The position numbers and the translations under genes are program-made. A DNA stretch of 40,000 nt from contig JAGB01000001.1 in NCBI GenBank assembly GCA_000526435.1, positions 924,502 through 964,501 on the forward strand, read 5' to 3'. Positions within the stretch are counted from its first letter, which is position 1. Each line of letters starts with the position of its first letter. Below are positions 17,096 through 26,152 of the stretch, in pieces. Source of the DNA: Caldicoprobacter oshimai DSM 21659 (lineage in GTDB: Bacteria > Bacillota > Clostridia > Caldicoprobacterales > Caldicoprobacteraceae). Under the pieces are notes generated by a model that saw nothing but the letters and a program-made list of their open reading frames with translations, did not search any database and was not told the DNA's origin.

Positions 17096-18073
17096 TTAAA
17101 TATACTTATAATGCCCCGCTGGCTGCAGATCGGGAAGGTCTAACTTTCGCTCTAAAACCAAATAGCTCCGTATATCATAGCAAAGATCGCATTTTCCTGC
17201 ATATTCAGATTTAGGCTTGTAATCATACTCTTTTATTGCCAGTTCCACCAATCCTCCTATACCAATGGACTCCAAGCTATATAACACCCTATATTTGCCC
17301 GGGTCAGCCCCGTGTGACACTTCACTTAAGTTTATTGAAAGGCCTGGACACGACTGCGGAATGAAGTTACCATACAGATCAACATGAAAATGGTAAATAC
17401 CTGATAACAATCTGCATGGCTTAGATTCTTTTAATATTTGTTCAAAAGGCTGCTTCTTCATCATCGGTTTATACGTCTTTAAAGCTCGCCCTTTCAAGTT
17501 AAGTCCATATCTTCTTGGCAGTTCTAACAGATAATTCTGCCCAAAAAACCGGGCATACTCATCAAGGGAATGGGGTTTGCGGTCATCCATTGCATCCAGA
17601 TCAGCCCAAAAATCCATCAGCCACGGAAATACACCCATGTTTACTTCTGAACAAGCCGCCATTAAAGCTTTTACCTTCCAAAATGGTATATATTCATTGT
17701 GGTATGGATCTATAGATATAAGCAGCGTATGTACACCATATTTCATTAGTTCCTTAAGAATGATTTTTGCAGATACCTCATCCCTGTACCAAGATGCATT
17801 GGTCTCAATATACTCTATATCAATGTTGTTTCTTTGAGCAGACTCCAGGACAGCAAAAATTTTGTCAGGCTGCAGAAGCGGTTCACCACCACCAATATGA
17901 ACATAATGGCAGCCTAAACTCTTCAGAATAGAAAATATCTCATCGGCCATGGATGGGGTCATATAATCGTTGGGCCATTCCGGGGAACTGGCATAACAAC
18001 AATGCTTACACTTTGATGAACATTTGTAATTTGTAATTACTCCTCCTGACACAAGGCAATCAATTTTAAGCAC
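17096..18073 (-). CDS. Radical SAM protein of unknown function
   Basis: CxxxCxxC motif (CSSKCKHCC) near the N-terminus and GGGEPLL. I set the start at the GTG at 18073 because GGGAGGAGG lies 6 nt upstream. The track start at 18112 is a TTG with no RBS. Confidence 0.8.
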   Translation of the reverse strand: MLKIDCLVSGGVITNYKCSSKCKHCCYASSPEWPNDYMTPSMADEIFSILKSLGCHYVHIGGGEPLLQPDKIFAVLESAQRNNIDIEYIETNASWYRDEVSAKIILKELMKYGVHTLLISIDPYHNEYIPFWKVKALMAACSEVNMGVFPWLMDFWADLDAMDDRKPHSLDEYARFFGQNYLLELPRRYGLNLKGRALKTYKPMMKKQPFEQILKESKPCRLLSGIYHFHVDLYGNFIPQSCPGLSINLSEVSHGADPGKYRVLYSLESIGIGGLVELAIKEYDYKPKSEYAGKCDLCYDIRSYLVLERKLDLPDLQPAGHYKYI

Positions 18074-18257
18074 AGCCGACCTCCTCCCTGTATCTATACT
18101 TACCAAAATCAAATCTTATACAGTACGTTGCTGTAATTGGCCTCGCACCTGTACCTAAACATCTTCTTTCCTCCAAATCTGTCAAGACACTTTTCAACTC
18201 AATCTTTATTCTAACATAACACTCGTCTTCAGTTAAATACCTGAATTTAATCGGCAT
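18066..18257 (-). CDS. Small hypothetical protein (63 aa from the ATG), possibly coupled to the radical SAM gene
   Basis: The open frame ends 8 nt inside the radical SAM start. The longer 86-aa version begins with a TTG inside the upstream terminator stem, so I shortened it to the ATG at 18257. It has no recognisable family and only a weak RBS. Confidence 0.3.
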   Translation of the reverse strand: MPIKFRYLTEDECYVRIKIELKSVLTDLEERRCLGTGARPITATYCIRFDFGKYRYREEVGCA

Positions 18258-18310
18258 GAGATTACCCTGCCAGTCAAACCAGGCAATTACTTCTGTTTGT
18301 GTGTCTAAAT

Positions 18311-18342
18311 AAAAAAGGAACTGCAAGTTTGTTGCAGTCCCA
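18311..18342 (-). terminator. Rho-independent terminator after the orphan MNT gene
   Basis: The minus strand reads GGGACTGCAA-CAAAC-TTGCAGTTCC (10 bp, one G-U pair) followed by TTTTTTATTT. It starts right after the stop at 18343. Confidence 0.7.
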
Positions 18343-18615
18343 CTAATTGCAAAAGTTTATCCATAGCAGATCAAAATCTTCAGTCTCGAGGGCTTCAGCT
18401 ATGCTGTCCATCAATTCAAGCTGCTTCTTCCAATCCCCCTTTTTCCGTAATAAGACGGCTATATCTATGTCACTTAAATCCGTGGTCTTTCCCGTAGCAT
18501 ATGACCCGTAAATATATGCCGCTACAATTTGGGGATCTTTTTCGAAAACCGCAGGGAGCTTTTCCACAACTTTAACTAATATATCTTTTGGCAGCTTTTT
18601 GCCGAATTTTATCAT
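18343..18615 (-). CDS. Minimal nucleotidyltransferase (MNT) domain protein, orphan
   Basis: It carries the GS-x10-DxD motif (YIYGSYATGKTTDLSDIDIAV). I chose the start at the ATG at 18615 (MIKFGKK) so the gene does not overlap iscB. The track start is 18666. Confidence 0.7.
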   Translation of the reverse strand: MIKFGKKLPKDILVKVVEKLPAVFEKDPQIVAAYIYGSYATGKTTDLSDIDIAVLLRKKGDWKKQLELMDSIAEALETEDFDLLWINFCN

Positions 18616-18631
18616 AACCTTCTTCCCTTCA

Positions 18632-19906
18632 TCATAACCGAACGCAGGAGACTCCATCTTCTTCAAGATGGAGAGGAATGCGCTCTTCCATCCTTTCTAA
18701 CATTAACGTCTTTGCCCTTTCTACAAGTCTTAACCTGCTATGTTTTGCACTGTCATGTATCTTCTCACCTGAAAGATTTCTTACAGCAAAATACCCGCTA
18801 CTCCTTAAACCCGCTATTATCCCAATTATGCCTTCGTATTCTACTCTGTCATATCGCCTAAAACCATATGCCTCCTTAATCGTGTTAACAGGTCTTACCC
18901 CACCTTTTATGAAATTTGCCCTGTGCAATGACCTGTTCTGTCTCCTTAAAAACTTCCCTAAGTACCATTCTTTAACCCTTTCCTGTAAAGTTCCATCAGC
19001 TATAACAAATGCATCGTTTCTGTGCAACTTTGTCATACCACAACCCAACCGTTTCGCCTTCGTTATACTCCCATATGTCACTTCCACAGAATAACGCTCT
19101 CTTAATCTGTTAACTATATACCACCCTATCGTCGCTACATGCGCCGCATCCTTGAGCAGCTTGATTCTCTCAATCTTCGACTTAGGTATCTTTATCCTGC
19201 CTTCATGCACCGCTTTGTGCTCCTCCGCGGTCAGTACTATTAAATTGCTGGGCGTGTCTGTCCCCCCTTCGCTTCTCGGAACTATATGATGAACTTCTAA
19301 TGTACCCCTTTTACCTGACAGTTCAGACTTGTAACCAGACCGCCATAAGCAGTATTCCCTTACATCCCAGAAGCCCTTCTGTACACCGTTCTGATAATCT
19401 TCTCCCTCTATGCCAGGATTTAGTATCTTCTGCGTGTCAAACGGCGCAACCTCAATTACTACTTTCCCTATCGGCATTATCATGCTGAGCATCTCTACTA
19501 TCCTTATGTGTGCATCTACCTTCCACTGAAGGCTGGGAGCAAGCCACCCATCATCCCTTGCTCTGTTTAAAAACCTGGGCTTGCGGTAGCGCACCTTTCT
19601 GTATCTTCTCATCCTCCTGTACTGCCTTCGTTCAAGCAGCAACCCTTTAATATCGTCCCTCAATTCTATCTCTGCAGAAAATATCTCTTTCTTCTCTGTA
19701 ACAGCCGATACACCTGCTATTTTGGATCCTATATCCAGTCCTACTGTCACCGGTTGTGTATAGGTGGTGGTATCGTATAAAAGCTGGATTGTAAACGGTT
19801 CTCGTTTGACTACCTTTGCAAGTCGATGCTTTAAAAGCCGTCTTACCTTGCCGTATCTTTCGGTTGGCATCAGTGGTTTTCCTGTCTTTGAAATTACATA
19901 CACCAT
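18632..19906 (-). CDS. iscB: IscB RNA-guided nuclease (OMEGA system; PLMP + split RuvC + bridge helix + HNH)
   Basis: 424 aa with these elements:
- a PLMP motif (GKPLMPT)
- RuvC-I (VGLDIGSKIAGVS)
- an arginine-rich bridge helix (RRQYRRMRRYRKVRYRKPRF)
- RuvC-II (VVIEVAPFD)
- HNH (EVHHIVPRSEGGTDTPSNLIVLTAEEHKAVH)
- RuvC-III (HRNDAFVIAD). Confidence 0.9.
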   Translation of the reverse strand: MVYVISKTGKPLMPTERYGKVRRLLKHRLAKVVKREPFTIQLLYDTTTYTQPVTVGLDIGSKIAGVSAVTEKKEIFSAEIELRDDIKGLLLERRQYRRMRRYRKVRYRKPRFLNRARDDGWLAPSLQWKVDAHIRIVEMLSMIMPIGKVVIEVAPFDTQKILNPGIEGEDYQNGVQKGFWDVREYCLWRSGYKSELSGKRGTLEVHHIVPRSEGGTDTPSNLIVLTAEEHKAVHEGRIKIPKSKIERIKLLKDAAHVATIGWYIVNRLRERYSVEVTYGSITKAKRLGCGMTKLHRNDAFVIADGTLQERVKEWYLGKFLRRQNRSLHRANFIKGGVRPVNTIKEAYGFRRYDRVEYEGIIGIIAGLRSSGYFAVRNLSGEKIHDSAKHSRLRLVERAKTLMLERMEERIPLHLEEDGVSCVRL

Positions 19907-20170
19907 ACGCGGTAAGCCTCCTTTCGGAGTTAGGTGCTCATCGCCAATGTTAGACAGGCTTGTTATGCACAGGTCACTGTCCCTACCCCTCAGGACTGTT
20001 TAAACCTGTGCGACAGAGCCTGGAGCTTGAGCAGCACCCCGGGGTGTCATGACCTGTCTAACGTAGCCCCATCAGCTTTTCGCTGGTGGCTGAGGCTAGT
20101 CAACTAAGGCTTTTTCAAGCCTCCGCTTCTATAAGCGGTGGGTAGTTGACTAACTCAACTTTGCGTTGGT
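19907..20170 (-). ncRNA. Putative omega RNA scaffold of the IscB system (5' boundary and guide not defined)
   Basis: This is the GC-rich, highly structured block immediately upstream of the iscB ATG. Stems seen (plus-strand coordinates):
- TAGTCAACTA (20097-20106) pairs with TAGTTGACTA (20143-20152), enclosing two small hairpins (CCGCTT/AAGCGG and GGCTT/AAGCC)
- TTAGACAGG (19950-19958) pairs with CCTGTCTAA (20053-20061)
- GCACAGGT (19967-19974) pairs with ACCTGTGC (20004-20011)

The block ends in the RBS GGAGG. Confidence 0.6.
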
Positions 20171-20393
20171 AAGATACATTTTGTGAAATACAAACCAATT
20201 CCGCTACCACTTTAGTATTTTACAACAACACAGCAGCTTTGTCTGTTAATTCCTCTACATATTATACCATAATACTAAATGATAACATACCTATCCATAA
20301 CCATCCAATTAAAAAGCAGTCCCCAAGGTATCCACTGTAGATGCAGAATTGTTAACCCTAGATCCATTGATAAGTACGTCAATTTAAACCATG

Positions 20394-23036
20394 TTAAATA
20401 ATCATTATTTTTTGCTCTTTGCCAATCCTCACAACATCACTAAATTTAATGTTTCCCCCATCCTTTCTATAAGTCACCGGCACATCTTCCAGCAAAACCG
20501 ACTTCACATCTCTGCCTTTCATAAAAGGCAAGCACAGCTCTTTCAAATCCAGATACCCATACAGGACTTTGAGCTCGATTTTGTCGCCTGACTTTTCAAA
20601 AATTCCCCATCCAGAATCCAGTGACCAGAATACTCTAAAGTTATCGCCACCAATGACCGGGTTAAAGCCTATAACGCCTTTAACCATATCAAACATAAAG
20701 CCTGAAAAAGCCAAAAGGAGCGAGTAACTGGCCATGGATCTAGCATAGTTGCTTCCACACTCAAATTCATTCCATGGATTGCGTTTGTATCCATCATACC
20801 TGCTGCGTATGGCTTCCACTATTTCCAAACCTTCTTTAACGAATCCCTCCTGAATGAGGTGGGCCGCTATCTGGTACTCAAAACCGTTCATGGTCTCCTG
20901 AGCATACGGAACCGGGACAGCCGGTCTCCGCCTGCCCTCCGGATAGGAGCAGATGACCACTCCCCTTTCATCGTTTAACGAAAATACCCTGCACGGATTG
21001 AAGACATCCCTCATCCTCTTAAAATTGTTTTTATAAACCGAGTAGACGGCTTTTCGAACCAGGGCTGGATCGAATATCTCCCCTAAGCCTATTAAATTGG
21101 CATGCCATTGGGCCAACACCTGATCCACAAGACATCCTTCGCCCACCTGGTATTTGATCTCGCCTTTTTCTTCATTCCAGTAGGTATCCATCGTTGTCCC
21201 GCCGACCAGGGTATCGCTTTTACCCTCATCAAACTGCTCCAAAATAGATTTATCGTTCAAATCAATGAGGTGATAATAGTATTCGCCGTTGAAGAGGTTG
21301 GAATCTACCCACTTCTTGCCCCGGTGGAATATGTCTAGATACTCCCGTGCAGTTTCTTTTTCTCCCAAATAATCCGCCACCTCGGCGCCCGCTTTTAAAG
21401 CCGCCAGATAAAAACCCGTGAGCCACGAGTTAGGGCCAAAGAGCTCCATATCGAGGGTGTGGTGTTGACGCCCTGTCAAAACGCCGGTACGTTCTGGGTC
21501 CCACCTGTCCTTATTGGTTTCAGCCCAGGCGTATTCAATGGATTTCTTTACCGAAGGCCAGAGCTTACGCAGCCATTCGGTATCACCAGATACCTTCCAT
21601 TCCCTGTAAACCTTCAAAACGCCGCCAAACTGACCGTCAGCACAAGGCCTGAACTCCCACCTCTTGCTCCCCAGCGGAAGCTGCAGCCTAAACGACATGC
21701 CTCCGTCTTCGCCTAGATTATACCGATATTCCAATTCACGCATAGAACGTTCCAATTTGGGGAATAAAAAGGGAAGCGCATAGGCGTAATTCCATACATG
21801 GGTACAAGAGCCCTCACAGCAACCGGAATCACAATGGCATCCTTCAAAGCCGTAAAACGAACCATCCTCCAACCGCAAACAGGTAGGCGTTTTCAGAATG
21901 GATATATTGGCCGAAATGGCGTCTATAACAACTGGTGGAAGGGTTGATGAAAATAAGGCTTCTTTAAAGCACATTGTATCCTTATACAATCGATCCCAGT
22001 TTTGAAGTGCGTATACGGCACAATCAAAAGAATCTTCAAACAAACGCGAGTAATAATTCTTCCATTGAGCCTTTCTTGACGTTTGACAACCACAACAGCT
22101 CTGTTCCTGATTTTGTTGCTTCCAGTAGTTATAACAGTTGGGATAATACCACGTCAGAACAAAGCGGACTTTTTTGTGTTCGCCCGGTTTTAAGGAAAAA
22201 TGTACCGCCAGCGTACACATATCCACTTCATTCCCGGAACCGATTGTATGACTTCCTTCCTTGCTTCTATATGTCCTGTTGGAAAACTTTCCAGGTGTAT
22301 TCAGGTCGTTCCAGTACATTTCCAGATCGTCAAACCAGCTTCCTCTGTACCAGTACTCCTGATAGCTTATATCCTGCTCATCGGTAGCTATAGTCAGCTC
22401 TCCATAGCGTACATCGGCCGGCTCAACACCACGGCACCCCATTCTGATCCCTTTGACCTGTCCACACTGGGTAAACTCGTTATACCCAATGGTCCGGCCG
22501 TTTATATTGCCAATGCAGGATACCACAGTGTAATCGAGGGGTTCATTTGACGTGTTCTCCACCTGTATTTCAAAGAAAGCCGCTGGCAAACTTGAGTCCT
22601 TATCGTTAAGCGGAATGAAAGGATTAAATGCGGTCATGGTCACTTTGCCCGGAAAAGTATCATCTACAAACGTGATACTGGCAAACGGGAACTCCCCTCT
22701 GAATTCCGCGTCCCTGAAATGCGGCACTCCAGATAAATAAGCCCTTGGCGGCCCAAAACCGAAGCTCTTAAAATGCGGCTCACCAAAACTACCCGAATAA
22801 GGAGGATGCAGGTCGCTATTTAAGACCCTTGCATCAATTACTCGGCCGCCCTTTTCCACCTTTACAGCAAAGTGGGAATAGCCGTTATAACTACCTTTGT
22901 TGGGACGATTCCTAATCTCCCAATCAATTAACCTGCCGTTACCGGCCAGGCCAATGCATCCCGTACCTATTCCCCCTAATGGAAAGGAGATCTCATTAAG
23001 CCTTTCTTTGGTGTACAAGAAATATGAATTGTTCAT
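20394..23036 (-). CDS. Glycoside hydrolase family 116 beta-glucosidase (glucosylceramidase-like)
   Basis: 880 aa. The N-terminal [28 protein letters not shown] matches the GH116 N-terminal domain, followed by a large (alpha/alpha)6-type C-terminal region. Confidence 0.85.
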
Positions 23037-23094
23037 AAGGTTGGCCTCCCTTTTTATCTTATATCTTATTGTATCAAACTTTTGCCAAATACTA

Positions 23095-23397
23095 TCAACC
23101 TTTTAATCCGCCAACGCTGATACCTTCTATTAGGTATCGCTGCCCGAATATAAGAAACAAAAACGGCACAACCGTTGTCAGCATGACTCCAGCCAAAACG
23201 GACGATTGATTGCCAGTCCCTAACATTCCGCGTAACACCGTCATACCCAATGGCAACGTCATTTTAGCGGTATCATTGATGAAAATCAAAGGACGATAAA
23301 AGTTATTCCACAAGCCGATAAATGTGAGCAACCCTATGACTATCAAAGAAGGTCTGCACATCGGTAAAATTATATGCCAGTACGTCCAAACCCTCAT
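23095..23397 (-). pseudogene. 3' fragment of a carbohydrate ABC transporter permease (MalG/binding-protein-dependent family)
   Basis: The 100-aa ORF corresponds only to the last third or so of such permeases (ILPMCRPSLIVIGLLTFIGLWNNF...[12 protein letters not shown]). The upstream two thirds are missing, and the pmbA-like stop lies only 19 nt away. Confidence 0.7.
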
Positions 23398-23416
23398 ATT
23401 CTTTCAATAAAATTAA

Positions 23417-24649
23417 CTATCTTGCAACAGTCATATAATATCCCTGAAGCAGCGTACCATCGCCGAGATAAAAATGTTTACTTTCAAATGTGCCGATATA
23501 ATCTTCACCAAGCATTTTATACAGGTGAGAACGGATGCTAAACTGCGGAAGCTTTCCTATGATGTGCTCGCCATCAAATAGAAAGCCTACCTGTACCGGT
23601 GCTGCAAAACTTCCATCCGCTGTAAAGTCTCCCCCGGAACTGACTGCAACCAGTATCGCCATTTTACCACCCAGCGCAGCTTTTATATCATCCGAATCAA
23701 CGGCAAAGCGCACAGGCGCCCTTGTAAGAGAAGGCATACCATCATAATCGCCCGATGCCGCTCCCGTGTGAGGCAAATTGTAAATAGCAGCCGTTCTTTT
23801 ATCCGTATATACATTAACAAGCCTACCCTTTTCAATCAAAGTATAACGGTCGTTTTCTAGCACCACGCCTTCCATATCAAAGAAAGGCTCGGCTCTGTAT
23901 ATTGGAGACATGTTCTGTTCAATGGTAATTTTTTCGTTAAAGAGTTTCTCGCCCATTTTATTGCTGAAAATGGAACCGCCGGTTGCATATATCTCACCAT
24001 TCAGCGAACGTGACAGGAAACGTAGCAGCTCATGGAACTCAAAAGTAAACACCGGCAAAGTATCCCCCTCAGGCAGGGAAACTTCATTTCGATAGGCCTC
24101 GAGAAGTTCACTATTAAATGCCCAGAACTTATCGAGGTCAAAATTTCTGCCATAATACTGTAAAAAGCCATCAATCACGTTAGCGGATTTTCTTTCCTTC
24201 AATATCAGTCCGAGGGTTATATAAGAATCCCTATATTCAAGGTCCAGACCCCGAGTGTTTTTCATCTGCCAGCTTATTTCCCTGGTCAGTATACTTTCAC
24301 TGAAATCAAAGTCGGAATACTCAGTTCTGAGCTTTTCAAGTATTCCCTCCGCACATTCGAGCAGCTGGTCTCCGCTCATCCTGTTTTTCCCATAGTCACG
24401 GTGATCCTTAAGATTTCCCGATAATTCATAGGGATAAGAAATGCCGGCGTTCAAATTTTGTACAGCGTTCTCAATGAGAACTTCATCCGGAACCTCGCCT
24501 ACAGCACCCGAGATGCCTATCTTACCATCCTTGTATACCCTGACACCCTTTTTTACAATATCCTTCATGCGCACAGCGTTCACTCTTGTATTCTGAATTT
24601 TAACCGCTGTTTCCTTTTCATTTATTGTGATAAATTCCTTTTCCATCAA
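23417..24649 (-). CDS. PmbA/TldE-like protein (TldD/PmbA family, non-catalytic partner type)
   Basis: 410 aa with family-like architecture and no HExxxH motif. It is adjacent to a TldD-type gene. Confidence 0.75.
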   Translation of the reverse strand: MMEKEFITINEKETAVKIQNTRVNAVRMKDIVKKGVRVYKDGKIGISGAVGEVPDEVLIENAVQNLNAGISYPYELSGNLKDHRDYGKNRMSGDQLLECAEGILEKLRTEYSDFDFSESILTREISWQMKNTRGLDLEYRDSYITLGLILKERKSANVIDGFLQYYGRNFDLDKFWAFNSELLEAYRNEVSLPEGDTLPVFTFEFHELLRFLSRSLNGEIYATGGSIFSNKMGEKLFNEKITIEQNMSPIYRAEPFFDMEGVVLENDRYTLIEKGRLVNVYTDKRTAAIYNLPHTGAASGDYDGMPSLTRAPVRFAVDSDDIKAALGGKMAILVAVSSGGDFTADGSFAAPVQVGFLFDGEHIIGKLPQFSIRSHLYKMLGEDYIGTFESKHFYLGDGTLLQGYYMTVAR

Positions 24650-24727
24650 TTAATTATACCTCCCACTATCGTACGGTTACAATTAAATCCAAAATTTCGT
24701 GAGAAATTTGTTGTGACCGAAACTAAC

Positions 24728-24779
24728 AGTAATTATTAGCAGTAATTATTAGCATTAATTATCAGCATTAATTCTAAGC
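24728..24779. repeat. Four tandem 13-bp units (CAGTAATTATTAG x2, CATTAATTATCAG, CATTAATTCTAAG)
   Basis: Read directly in the 249-bp spacer between the tldD-like and pmbA-like genes. Confidence 0.85.
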
Positions 24780-24898
24780 AAAATGTTGGGAATAGCTCAA
24801 TTTCCTTTTCCACAACTATACAGACCTGATAACGGCTGGCTGGCTTTTGTACCAATAACCTGAACAACAAAATATACAACAGAAAAATGGCTTTCCCC

Positions 24899-26152
24899 TC
24901 ATTGCACAGTTAGCTTTCGCACCCGTGTGTAGGGTCCTCCAAAACCCACTGGAAGAGGATACTGCTCCATTTTGCCGCAACCTCCCCCTACAAAGCTCAT
25001 CAGCTCAAATTCTTCACTGACCGCATCCACTTCCGCCAGGGTTTCAAATACATTGCCGGTTATAACGGATACCTTAACGGGAGTTGTAATGTTACCATTT
25101 TCAATTTTGTACGCCCGGGAAGGTGCTATAGTAAACGTGGACATTCCCGAGCCGTGTCTGACGGTCTCCACATAAATGCCTTTATCTATTTCAGCAATAA
25201 TATCCTTCACAGGACGATCTCCCTTTTCAATGTATGTAGTTGTCATGCGAACAATGGGTTCAAATTGAAAGTTTATCGCCCTTGCATTGCCGGTAAGAGG
25301 CTCTCCCAACGCAGCGCTGGTTGCAGCGCTGTGCAGCCTGCCCATCAGCTTTCCGTTTTTTACGATATACGTCTTTTTACCTCTGGTTCCTTCATCGTCA
25401 TAGGGCACATAGCCATTGCCCAACTCCAGGCCGTCATCGACTATGGTCAGCAAATCCCGCCCAATAGTCTTGCCAAGGGCCCATTCAGCCTTCATGGTTT
25501 CGTCCCCCACCATGAAATCCGATTCGCTTTTATGCCCGAAACTTTCATGAGTAAACACCCCTGTGGCCTCAGGGCTCAGCAGCACCGTGTATATGCCCAG
25601 CTCTACGGGCACCGCCTCCCTTACAAAAGCAACGCTTTTTTCAATCCTTTCTTTAAAATAATCCTCAAGTCCTCTAAGCTCATCAAAACGTATCGCAGCT
25701 TTTGAGACGACATCCGAGTTTTTATTATCGCCGCAGGCAAGCTCCAGATTTAAACGAATACCGCATGTCTGTTTATCAAAGGTAACCGCGGTTCCCTTTG
25801 AAGAATAAATAGATTTAATCGTTTTGTTGTCAACGTAGTAAGAAGTATGATGCACGATTTCCGGATAATCCAGGAGTTTTAAATATTCTTCCAGCAGTGC
25901 CTGCTTTTCTGCTGCTGGAACATCTGCAATTGAATCCCTCTCATGCTGAATAATCCTGTCCCTGTTGACTTCGAAAGCCTTAACGATTGGATGCTCCATA
26001 ATACTCGGATTCGGTGTGGCCATCCGGGCCAGAGTGTCTATGCACTCCTGCACACGGCTTAAGTCGGTCAAGGAGCTGTAATACCACCGGTTGCCATCAA
26101 AAACCCTGATAAAAGCTCCTTTGTTGCTGCGTACCTTTTGCTCTTGAAGCAC
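24899..26152 (-). CDS. TldD-family zinc metallopeptidase (the N-terminal 27 codons are separated by an in-frame TAA; see finding)
   Basis: It has the HExxxH motif (HESFGH) and family-wide similarity. The track start at 26152 is a GTG. The same frame upstream holds an RBS-preceded ATG at 26233, but TAA at 26189-26191 interrupts it. Confidence 0.8.
   Translation of the reverse strand: MLQEQKVRSNKGAFIRVFDGNRWYYSSLTDLSRVQECIDTLARMATPNPSIMEHPIVKAFEVNRDRIIQHERDSIADVPAAEKQALLEEYLKLLDYPEIVHHTSYYVDNKTIKSIYSSKGTAVTFDKQTCGIRLNLELACGDNKNSDVVSKAAIRFDELRGLEDYFKERIEKSVAFVREAVPVELGIYTVLLSPEATGVFTHESFGHKSESDFMVGDETMKAEWALGKTIGRDLLTIVDDGLELGNGYVPYDDEGTRGKKTYIVKNGKLMGRLHSAATSAALGEPLTGNARAINFQFEPIVRMTTTYIEKGDRPVKDIIAEIDKGIYVETVRHGSGMSTFTIAPSRAYKIENGNITTPVKVSVITGNVFETLAEVDAVSEEFELMSFVGGGCGKMEQYPLPVGFGGPYTRVRKLTVQ

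Noticed and set aside
18616-18666. An N-terminal extension of the MNT ORF that overlaps the iscB 3' end by 35 nt.
   Set aside because: The internal ATG at 18615 gives a typical-length MNT with no overlap. The extension (MKKMESPAFGYDEGKKV) adds no family-conserved sequence.
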